NCBI GenBank assembly: GCA_048128005.1
Contig: JBEUKZ010000117.1
Location: 308,310-328,309, forward strand
DNA: 20,000 nucleotides
Direction: 5' to 3'
From: Veleropilina oligotropha
Taxonomy: Eukaryota
Shown: piece after piece, positions 1 to 9,437 of the stretch
Layout of the letters: the number at the start of each line of letters is the position of its first letter
Numbering within the stretch: position 1 is the stretch's first letter
Position numbers and translations under genes: made by a program
The notes under the pieces: generated by a model
Database searches by the model: none
What the model was told of the DNA's origin: nothing
Seen by the model: the letters and a program-made list of their open reading frames with translations, nothing else

Positions 1-539
1 ACAATAGTGACATAACCACAAGTCCATGAATTACAAGATGCGATATTAAAATACGTATTGCTGATATTACAGATAAGACATGTACGGTATAGTCAGGTGT
101 ACGGTATAGTTCGCGACACCGGCGAATATTCGTTCGAATATTTGTAATAATCGGTCAGTGTAGAAGCCTCAACTAGCACATACAATTTCATTTCCCAATG
201 TCTTTTTCGTCCAAAATCAACTAAATTCATTTGACTTTCAACCCCGGCTTTCAACATGCCACAAATTAACTCACAAATTGAGAGACCAAAATATTATAAT
301 AGTACAGTGGGTACTTCACATGTATACTCCCCGGGTGTCAGGAAGTGCCCTATTGATTTAGGGGACGAAAGGTCAATACCTCACTGATTTGGGCGTCGAG
401 AGATTTAATTACCCCACGGGCACTGGCTAGTTATCATAATTAGATTATGAACAACCACAGTCACCTGGCAACACTTGCAATATTAGACATACGTTATATA
501 CAAATATGGATAAAAGTGCTCAATAAATGCATATTTTTG

Positions 540-757
540 CAAAATTGTGTTGCGAAAGTTATATATATATACACGACCTACAAATACTCTTGGGAATGTG
601 TGTACCAATTTTGGTGAAAATTGAACGGGTAGTTTTCAAATAAATCGACGGATATATATATATATATATATTATAAGTATATAAGTATATAAGTATATAC
701 ACACGGACCATTTGATAATGTCTTGTCCTTTTTTACAAAAAGGTCAAGACATAAAAA
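540..757 (+). mobile_element. Possible non-autonomous Helentron/HINE-like element 3' part (TA microsatellite, terminal hairpin, A-run)
   Basis: (TA)n/ataagtat repeats at about 651-699, then hairpin atgtcttgtccttttt..aaaaaggtcaagacat (718-752) followed by aaaaa. Family assignment is by architecture only. Confidence 0.35.
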
Positions 758-869
758 GGACAATGGACCTTAAGGCTTAAATGTCTTAAAATATATACTA
801 TACTATAAGTATCAACATTCAAGCTGCTATATATATAGTGATAATAGATATATACATACGCAACTATAA

Positions 870-1029
870 TGATACCGTCACACGTATGCGGCTTGCGTCA
901 ATCATGAAAAAGCATGTGCCCTCTGAGTATTTGCGCCCAAAAAAAGGCACGGTTACACACTTCACATTGATGCCGGTTATCTCCAGTATGAAGTCGCTCG
1001 TGCTTGTAAGACGACCCGACTGAAAATCC
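870..1029 (-). pseudogene. Decayed in-frame zinc-finger tail beyond the stop codon of the 1030-2064 gene
   Basis: Manual in-frame translation past the TAG gives CDVCN*GFSVGSSYKHERLHTGDNRHQCEVCNRAFFWAQILRGHMLFHD*RKPHTCD. Confidence 0.8.
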
Positions 1030-2064
1030 CTAATTGCACACATCACACTTAAACGGTTTATCCCCAGTATGACGCCGCATGTGCTTGTTCAGACTGCTCG
1101 ACTGCGCAAATTCCTGACTGCACACGGCACATCGATGCGGTTTCTCTCCAGTATGGATTCGCATGTGGCATACAAGGTTACCAGACTCTGAAAATGCCCG
1201 ATTGCACACAGCACACGTATACGGTTTCTCTCCAGTATGGATTCGCATGTGCTTCCTAAGATTATCAGCGTGGAAAAATGCATTCATACATGTGACACAC
1301 TGATGCGGTTTCTCTCCATTATGGGACCGCCAGTGCACCTTAAGACTACCCGATTGCGAAAACGACTGATTGCACACAGCACACTGATACGGTTTCTCTC
1401 CAGTATGAATTCGCATGTGTCTCTTAAGAGCACTAGCCTGTGAAAATGCCTTCGTACATGTGACACATCGATGCGGTTTCCCTCCAGTATGGGACCGCCA
1501 GTGCACCTTAAGACTACCCGATTGCGAAAACGACTGATTGCATACAGCACGCTGATACAGTTTCTCTCCAGTATGAATTCGCATGTGTCTCTTAAGAGCA
1601 CTAGCCTGTGAAAATGCCTTCGTACATGTGACACATCGATGCGGTTTCCCTCCAGTATGGGACCGCCAGTGCACCTTAAGACTACCCGATTGCGAAAACG
1701 ACTGATTGCATACAGCACACTGATACAGTTTCTCTCCAGTATGAATTCGCATGTGTCTCTTAAGAGCACTAGCCTGTGAAAATGCCTTCGTACATGTGAC
1801 ACATCGATGCGGTTTCCCTCCAGTATGGGACCGCCAGTGCACCTTAAGACTACCCGATTGCGAAAACGACTGATTGCATACAGCACACTGATACGGTTTC
1901 TCTCCAGTATGAATTCGCATGTGTCTCTTAAGAGCACTAGCCTGCGCAAATGCCTTCTTACATGTGACACACGGATGTGGTTTCTCAACGGTGTGTGTTT
2001 GCATATGGAGATTCAAGGAACTCAAACGCTCAAAAGTCTTGTTGCAGAATGAGCAATTCGGCAT
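1030..2064 (-). CDS. Tandem C2H2 (Kruppel-type) zinc-finger protein, 12 fingers (finger 7 has C->R) plus truncated 13th; no effector domain visible
   Basis: 344-aa ORF of CxxC-x12-HxxxH units with TGEKP-type linkers. ATG has A at -3 (acaATG) and an in-frame TAA lies 4 codons upstream (2074-2076). Confidence 0.9.
   Translation of the reverse strand: MPNCSFCNKTFERLSSLNLHMQTHTVEKPHPCVTCKKAFAQASALKRHMRIHTGEKPYQCAVCNQSFSQSGSLKVHWRSHTGGKPHRCVTCTKAFSQASALKRHMRIHTGEKLYQCAVCNQSFSQSGSLKVHWRSHTGGKPHRCVTCTKAFSQASALKRHMRIHTGEKLYQRAVCNQSFSQSGSLKVHWRSHTGGKPHRCVTCTKAFSQASALKRHMRIHTGEKPYQCAVCNQSFSQSGSLKVHWRSHNGEKPHQCVTCMNAFFHADNLRKHMRIHTGEKPYTCAVCNRAFSESGNLVCHMRIHTGEKPHRCAVCSQEFAQSSSLNKHMRRHTGDKPFKCDVCN
1320..1975 (-). 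repeat. Coding minisatellite: 168-bp two-finger unit, about 4 near-identical copies
   Basis: atgggaccgccagtgcacc recurs at 1321, 1489, 1657 and 1825 (period 168). Confidence 0.95.
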
Positions 2065-2479
2065 TGTTATCTCTTATCGTCGTATCTTACTATACTATAT
2101 CGCACATTATACCCGTGAATTTATGTTACGATAGTGTAGATAATGTTCGTTGCGTACCATAGGCTACATACCTGCATATCGTTAATAAGGTTATGACTCC
2201 CAGTGATTCAAAATATTCCTTCAAATAAACTTTTTCCTTCTTTATTATGCGGGACACAACTCTCACACAAAAGACAGAGAAATGTCGCACCTAGCAAACT
2301 CGCACAGTGTTATATGCGATTACAACTGTCATAAGTTTACACACCTTATCCAATGAAATTTGTCATCTTTGTCACGTATTGATTGGACGCTGTGTATAGC
2401 TCTGAACGGTAAATATCGATCGATCGGTGTTGTTCTCAACCAGTTCAACATTTTCGAGGATCAACGAACGAGTGAAGCA

Positions 2480-2800
2480 GATAGCAGCTACAGTCACCAG
2501 CGTGAATTGCCTTTACAAAGCCACCTGGAAATATACAAGCAATATTTTAACACATATGCTAATTTCCTTAGCAGGTTTATAAATTTGCACGGCGCTACGA
2601 GGACAAACTCAAACAATGTTCTACACATCAATAATTATGTCCCGAACCGATTACGGATGTCAGGCATACAGCTCAGTGAAGTCACATACACAGACAAATA
2701 CAAAACCAAATTTTAAAGTTGCTGATTCCGTGTATTTACGTAATTTACGTTCGAGTGTACACTACAAAAGGGGTATTGTGTATGTATCACCTACTCGTTT
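2480..2800 (+). mobile_element. Degraded LINE reverse transcriptase C-terminal fragment (I/Nimb/Jockey-like)
   Basis: HGATRT...MFYTSIIMSRTDYGCQAYSS resembles the WGA...LYxSLIRSRLDYGCxAYSS thumb motif. Confidence 0.55.
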
Positions 2801-3189
2801 GATGTTTGTTAATAACGGGGATTGAATAATTGACCATGTGCAACATTTATGGACCAACACTCTATCCGCCAATCACTCAATTAATTATTGCGTTGCTAAG
2901 GTTATTTCTCGTACATGGGGTCAGATATATGTGAAAGAGGGTGGGGGGGGGGTTGAAATAGGTTTGGCACAATGTGTTGCTACTACCATATAGTTAGTCA
3001 GGCAGAGGGGCCAAATGACACCAAAACCCCGGACTTATTTTCGTTGGTGTATCACTGGAAAGGTGTGTCAGGACCTGATGTCAGCCTGTTAAGAGTTTAA
3101 AACGAGTAGCTTCGTTAGTTTAAACCGTATTGAATTGGGATGAAAGTTACGTAAATTAGATTGACAGTTTATATCACTTGCATGCTTTT

Positions 3190-3310
3190 AAATGGTCGTG
3201 CACGGGTCTCTTTCCGAGAGGCTTGTGGTTCAATACTCAATCCCAGTTGAAATCCCGTGGACAAGGCATTAAGCATAATATATGTGGCTCGATTTCACCA
3301 ATTCGATATA
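3190..3310 (+). mobile_element. Possible degraded tRNA-derived SINE
   Basis: B-box-like ggttcaatactc followed by cccgtggacaaggcattaa, similar to the conserved SINE core ccttgggcaaggcacttaa. Confidence 0.3.
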
Positions 3311-3699
3311 ATTTTAGTTTCGGATATATCCATATTGTATCGTGTGTGTGTAAATTCGATGAACTCGGTGCGAGGTAAATAAACGCGGACCGCGTTTTAT
3401 TATTTTAAATATTCAGTAGCGATTAATTTAAACGGTCGCAAATTACGGACGAAATTTGAGTGTTGAAAAGTCCTAACTTTTTGTTATAAACAAAAAGTGT
3501 AATGCTGTTAGTTTTATTTTTAAAAAAGAAAGAGCGCATTTACGAGCAATAGTCTCTTTAAGTCGGTGACTTTTCGGAGTCGTCTACCGAAACCACATAT
3601 GCTGTTTGGACGTGTCTGCCGCTCTCCCAACAGTTCCCAAGATAGAACTATCATTTAGCTGACTCGCTCACCAAATGCTCAACTGCTGGTTACTCATAC

Positions 3700-4400
3700 T
3701 CCGTGATAATGGACGGTATTAGTCACCCACATATAATCTGCATATACAAGCAATACTCAGCAAGGGGAAGCCACCCGGGTACACAGTTCTTAGACTGTAT
3801 CCGAGTTACGTACTTGTACTCACTCACCACCGATGGCAACAGCAGGTCAATATACGGGATCACGTTATCCCATCGAATGAATATGACATGGTGGATAATA
3901 CACGACACACCTATCGGTAACACTTCACTCGGTTCTGGCATAAGTCTATAGTATATCATATGGCGATGAGCCATGAGCAAATGGAACTATCGTCCATTAT
4001 GACAAAGCGACTATGGCAATATGAATGAGATGATTTATAAAGTGACTGGACTGTTCTACTGTCTGCAAACTTGGCAGATGAAATTTGAAATATATTTGAT
4101 GAAACATTGAGGAAATATGCAGAGTGCACTATTCCAATAAATAAATATAACTTTAATTATAAATAAAAACAATAAACCAAGATGGATGGATACAGAAGCC
4201 CTACCCAAGTTAAAACCAAGCACGCTGCATGCAGAAAATGACGGTCAACCAGATAACGAAGGGACTACAGAAACAACCACAAAGTGGGGAATAGAGCAAG
4301 GACAGCAACGAAATGACGATTGCTAAAAAAAACAGGAAAAACAAATATATTAAGATGAAATCAAGACCCGGAATCTCACAACTTGACACAGTGGATGGAA
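3700..4400 (+). mobile_element. Degraded CR1-like LINE ORF2 fragment (APE C-terminus and APE-RT linker)
   Basis: Frameshifted motifs SHPHI...GTQFLDCIR, DYGNMNEMI..DWTVLL...TIP...KPRWMDTEAL, IAKK..KYIK.K..GISQL. Confidence 0.55.
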
Positions 4401-4404
4401 TTGC

Positions 4405-5830
4405 AGCCCGGGACACGAAAAACGCAATAATCCTAATTAGTCTGGCAGCCGGGGCCAAACCCCAAAATGTCAGTACTTATAAGGTTTTTTTATTGTTGAT
4501 TATTCATCTAGGGCATGTATGTAGTATGTTCCAGGGGGCTGTGGAGATCTCACCCTTGGGCAACATTTTTGGCTGCAATTTTAATAAATGGCCGATTTTC
4601 ATTGCCGATGTATAAATGCATCCGACACTTATACATTAGGTCAGGGGCCGTTGGCCAATTTTGAATCTATTGGATCCATGCAGATGGTACTAAATGAAAT
4701 TACAATTTCCTGGTAGTTTTTTATGTCTACATTTCATAACTGCTTGCTGGACATCTGTAACTTGTATCTTTCACGGTGAAATTAACGTTCAAAGATAACT
4801 ACCCTGTAGTGAATATTCTCGTGTTTGGCTGTCACCAAACTAAGCTAAACATCTACATATATTCTTAAATGTTTCATTGCTCACGATGTATTGTATGACG
4901 CCTTACTTCGAGAGATAAATAGCTTTAAAAATATATTTATAGGTGGTATAGTGTACACATCCGCATGACTATGTTATTGAACAGAAGGAATAACCTCAAT
5001 CCACCATCTTGTCAACCAATTCGATAGTGATGGCGTAACTATATTTCATGTGCACTGGAAGTAGGCAGAATTTCTCGCACTTCCATGATATGAACAACAA
5101 GATGACCCGTGCTTCAAGGTTTCTCGCCAGTGCTGCTTTGGTTGCCTTTTTGCGGAGCGCCCACAATTCGCTTGTGATCAAGGAAACGGTCCGAGGGGAT
5201 GCAACGCTTTCATAGAAGGAATTGACTTGTTTTCGAGTCTTGAAACGACGAACATCTGATATTTCTACATTGGTGGGTGTCGTAACCGGACAATATTGAC
5301 AGTTCAACAGTATTTTGATGTACGATGGGTTGATCCAGTTAATGTGTCTTGCCTTACACCTACTACATACTATTATTGTACTATCGTCTCATTTGTATGT
5401 ATGCACCTAAATATGGAAATTAAGGCCATTACTTTGTTTACTTCCACCAAGGTACACTATTATCGTATGCATGCGTTCCAATGCTCTGCCTTAAAGTAGT
5501 ATTTTGACACCTACGTTGGCCACAAACTATAAACCTTCGGGTCCCAACTGGCGGATTTCTCCAACTACCGGGTCAACAGGAATAAGGCCAAATGTGTTGT
5601 TGTCACAGATTGTGATCACGAATCTGCCTTCCAAGTCTTGATGGTGACTCACAGAGTGATCCTCGTCGAGTCTTGATATTTGCGCAAGGGAGATCGAGAA
5701 AAAGCGAGCATAATTATGTTTATCGTACGCGAAGCACCAGAGGATCATGCTGCATATTCCATGAAGATGCAGTGGCCATTTCATAGAAGCTCAGATATGA
5801 GCCAGCAGGATGTCAAAATATCCAGGTAGG
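4405..5830 (-). mobile_element. Degraded, internally deleted DNA-transposon-type large protein (central/C-terminal parts); superfamily uncertain
   Basis: WPLHLHGICSMILWCFAYDKHNYARF...FGLIPVD (5527-5784) and LRKKATKAALARNLE (about 5110-5160) match motifs I recall from the repetitive invertebrate 'uncharacterised' transposon protein family (GNWxLHL..M.P.FFA.D..NYAR). Confidence 0.6.
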
Positions 5831-6529
5831 GCACTATTGCTGTAAATTAATTTTTAGCTGTATATATGCACCCATGAATTTTATATTAGCAATCTTGGAT
5901 TCTAAAATAAGAGCATTTAATTAGTCATGGTACAGAGACGATTTAGCAATTTTCATTTTTTCAACGCTGTGAATGCATGTACTCGTAATTGCATATATTA
6001 TGTACTCATTATTATCGATATAACTTATTAAAAACATGCCACAATCATATATCTTTATGAATACGCCAACAAAATTATTGATACATTTTTATTGACAAAG
6101 ATACAAAATTATCTTTTTGTGTAATGACATCATGAACAACACAAAATATTATTCATGCATAATGTGCCATCATTTGACTATGCACAACATAAATATCAAA
6201 CATGAGCTAAAAGGCCAATGTAGTCTGTAGACAATATTTTTAAGAATCTATGGCACATTTAGATGCATTCTGTCATCATCAAAGTACAGGAAAAGCCATG
6301 TTCATCATCATTAACATTATAACATATGTCATGTAGTCATTACCAATTGCCTCCACCGGCCCCTCAAATGAATTTGTAAATCCGTCCTATACATTTAAAC
6401 ACGAGGCTCTCCGATAGCCGTGTGGACTCTAGTGCCAATTCTAAAACCACTCTCTTGACTGCTCTGACAAATAGGAGTTCCTTATAATTTTGGTTGTGGC
6501 AATGAGAATGGCGTTCTTTGTTCAGTTAT

Positions 6530-6678
6530 CAATCACAGTAGTCCGGACTGGTCGGATATGACTGGTTTCCCCAGGGTGACCAGGCTTTTCTCCAGAGAAA
6601 ATATGGACATATGGTGGACTGGTTAAAGTGAACCTGAAGGTTGTAAAGATACAGGACAATAAGCATCGATTCAATGAA
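6530..6678 (+). mobile_element. Possible SINE/LINE 3' remnant whose tail seeded the adjacent ATGT microsatellite
   Basis: ctggtttccccagggtgaccaggcttttctcc core-like segment running directly into (ATGT)n. Confidence 0.25.
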
Positions 6679-6767
6679 ATGTATGTATGTATGTATGTAT
6701 GCGTGCATGCATGTATGTAATGTGTATGCGTGCATGCATGTATGTAATGTATGTAATGTATGTACCG

Positions 6768-6798
<31 letters not shown>

Positions 6799-7190
6799 TG
6801 TATGTATGTATGCATGCATGCATGCATGCATGCATGCATGCATGTAATGTATGTATGCATGTATGTATGTATGCATGTATGCATGTATATATGTATGCAT
6901 GTATGTATGCATGCATGCATGCATGTATGTATGTATGTATGTATGCATGCATGTGTGTATGTATGTATGCATGTATGTATGTATGCATGCATGCATGTAT
7001 ATATGCATGCATCATCATGTCTGTCAGTGCATGCATGCATGTAATGTATGTATGTATGTATGTATGTATGTATGTATGTATGTATGTATGCATGCATGCA
7101 TGCATGTATGTAATGTATGCATGTATGTATGTATGAAATGTATGTATGCAATGCATGCATGCAATGTATGTATGTATGTATGTATGTATG
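6679..7190. repeat. Compound microsatellite (ATGT)n/(ATGC)n, about 510 bp
   Basis: Directly visible. Confidence 0.98.
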
Positions 7191-7261
7191 CCAATTCAAA
7201 GGGACGCGGAAGTCAGAAGTGGCAAACCGACAAGCACGTAAACAAACAATTACTACTCTAC

Positions 7262-7288
7262 ATATATATAGATAAGTGATTGTAAATA

Positions 7289-7340
<52 letters not shown>

Positions 7341-7392
7341 TAAGTGAGTGTAAATAATGTTTATATATATATAGATAAGTGAGTGTAAATAA
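7262..7392. repeat. (AT)n tracts within three copies of (AT)n-agataagtga(t/g)tgtaaataa
   Basis: Directly visible; the longest AT run is about 7295-7338. Confidence 0.9.
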
Positions 7393-7541
7393 AAGTAGAA
7401 TTGTCCTTAACTTCAAATGAGAGAGAGATATAGAGACAACTTATATTGTTCGATCACACACAACACATTGGTTAAGTATTCTGCCTAGTGTGGACTAACA
7501 TCTACCTCCTGAGACAACTTGCTTGTTAAGACATTAGATCA

Positions 7542-8477
7542 CTATAGTTTCTTTCTAGTATGAATTAACATGTGCGTTCTAAGATTACCCGCTTGTAAAA
7601 ATGTTTTATTGCATACAACACATTGATGTGGTTTCTCACCAGTATGAATTAACATGTGCGGTCTAAGATTACCCACATGTGAAAATGTTTTATTGCATAC
7701 AACACATTCATGTGGTTTCTCACCAGTATGAATTAACATGTGCGCTCTAAGATTACCCACATGTAAAAATGTTTTATTGCATACAACACATTGATGTGGT
7801 TTCTCACCAGTATGAATTAACATGTGCGTTCTAAGTGTACTCACTTGTAAAAATGTTTTATTGCATACAACACATTGATGTGGTTTCTCACCAGTATGAA
7901 TTAACATGTGCGTTCTAAGATTACTTACACGTAAAAATGTTTTATTGCATACAACACATTGATGTGGTTTCTCACCAGTATGAATTAACATGTGCGTTCC
8001 AAGATTACCCGCTTGTGAAAATGATTTTTTGCATACACCACATTTATGTGATTTCTCTCCAGTATGAATTAGAATGTGTGATCTAAGGTTACTTGCACTT
8101 ATAAATGTCTTATAGCAAACCTCGCATTGGTATGGTTTCTCTCCAGTATGGGATAGCATGTGCGACTTAAGATTACTACGACATGCAAATGTTCGCTTAC
8201 ACAAAGCACAATGATGATGTTTCTCTCCGGTATGAGTTAGCATATGCCTGTTCAGCCCACATGCAGCTGGAAATGTCCTGTCGCACAAGCAGCACTGATA
8301 ATGCTTTTCCCCTGTGTGACTCCGCAGATGCTGTTGCAAGGTGCTCACCGTTTTAAATGCCTTTACACACAAGCTGCATTGGTGCTGCCTTTTCAGAGCA
8401 TGGTTTCTCATATGACATTTACGTTTCCGTGCATCACTGAATTGTTTGTCGCACACAGTGCATACAAGTGGCTCCAT
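7542..8477 (-). CDS. Tandem C2H2 zinc-finger protein, 11 fingers; possibly the last exon of a spliced gene
   Basis: 311-aa ORF of C2H2 fingers with TGEKP linkers. In-frame TGA 5 codons upstream (8490-8492). Candidate minus-strand acceptors at ...ttcacaccag|ATG (8478) and ctttgttttctttttgaag|G (8620). Confidence 0.9.
   Translation of the reverse strand: MEPLVCTVCDKQFSDARKRKCHMRNHALKRQHQCSLCVKAFKTVSTLQQHLRSHTGEKHYQCCLCDRTFPAACGLNRHMLTHTGEKHHHCALCKRTFACRSNLKSHMLSHTGEKPYQCEVCYKTFISASNLRSHILIHTGEKSHKCGVCKKSFSQAGNLGTHMLIHTGEKPHQCVVCNKTFLRVSNLRTHMLIHTGEKPHQCVVCNKTFLQVSTLRTHMLIHTGEKPHQCVVCNKTFLHVGNLRAHMLIHTGEKPHECVVCNKTFSHVGNLRPHMLIHTGEKPHQCVVCNKTFLQAGNLRTHMLIHTRKKL
7559..8062 (-). repeat. Coding minisatellite: 84-bp single-finger unit, 5 near-identical copies plus 1 more diverged copy (fingers 6-11)
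   Basis: tatgaattaacatgtgcg recurs every 84 bp from 7559 to 7979. Confidence 0.95.
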
Positions 8478-8786
8478 CTGGTGTGAATTTCAAAAATAAT
8501 ATTCTATAATGGTGTGTTGAAGCTTGAGTTTGTCTCTTTCGCTTCACGAATTATTGTCTTGGAATATCGCTCGGACATGTACCTGTACTCAGCTTGCAAG
8601 TTCCAACGAATCCAAATACCTTCAAAAAGAAAACAAAGTTATGTAAACACTGTGTCAATATAAAAATCATGCACATAATTATTGAGCAATTGAAATATTA
8701 TAAGAGTTGAGAAAATGTTGTTATTGGTTCCCAGTGATGACATAATGTAAAATTGTTTACTTACTTTGTAACCTGTTTTGAACGTG

Positions 8787-8829
8787 CTACGACGTTTCGA
8801 CTGCGCATCTAGCAGTCTTGATCGCGTAG
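8787..8829 (-). ncRNA. Minimal type-I hammerhead ribozyme motif (inverted pLTR copy) with GUC cleavage triplet
   Basis: Minus strand reads ctac-GCGATCA-a-gactgc(tagatgc)gcagtc-GAAAC-GTC-gtag. Confidence 0.72.
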
Positions 8830-9394
8830 TGATCTCGTTTGCCGCTGGGAGCGCTCAGGAATCCCACCCCCAGATACCAATGCATCGGGACTACCACAAC
8901 ACCGGTGACCTCTGATTGGGTTACCATACGTTCAGGGCCTGTCCTAAAAACTCTCCAGGATCTACATGTCATTTGGCATTAACACTTTCCACCAACCTGT
9001 CAACAAACTAAGATCCATGTTGGTACAGTAACACACAAAGGACCGTACTCCTGATGAGAGGAAATGCAGGGTCATTTATCAAATCAACTGTGAACAGTCC
9101 CCTGAACACACCTACATTGGAGAAACGAAGCGTACTCTGGCTACACGTTTCAAAGAGCACACCAACCTCGACAAGCCAACAGGTGTGGGTGACCATTGCC
9201 AAGCCACCGACCACTCAGTGTCACTATCCAACACCTCCATCCTCATCCGCGAACCTGACTGGACAAAACGTAAAGTCCAATAGGCCATCTACATCCGTGA
9301 GAGAAAACCCACCATGAACTGTGACCAGGGATATCAACTGCCCGCCATCTAACACAGCATGATTCCTGAGCGCTCCCAGCGGCAAACGAGATCA

Positions 9395-9437
9395 CTACGC
9401 GATCAAGACTGCTAGATGTGCAGTCGAAACGTTGTAG
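9395..9437 (+). ncRNA. Minimal type-I hammerhead ribozyme motif (PLE pLTR), variant core
   Basis: ctac-GCGATCA-a-gactgc(tagatgt)gcagtc-GAAAC-GTT-gtag: stem I ctac/gtag, 6-bp stem II, GAAA, palindromic ACGT mini stem III. Confidence 0.7.

Noticed and set aside
838..2162. Alternative-frame and antisense ORFs over the first ZNF gene (e.g. 1284-1988, 234 aa)
   Set aside because: Shadow ORFs produced by the repeated finger unit; no independent domain signal.
6522..7279. Six overlapping ORFs rich in M/Y/V/C/H
   Set aside because: Translations of the ATGT/ATGC microsatellite, which lacks stops in several frames.
7559..8062. CRISPR-like look of constant repeats with a short variable segment
   Set aside because: The period is exactly 84 bp in frame with C2H2 fingers, the variable parts are point variants of each other, the context is eukaryotic and there are no cas genes.
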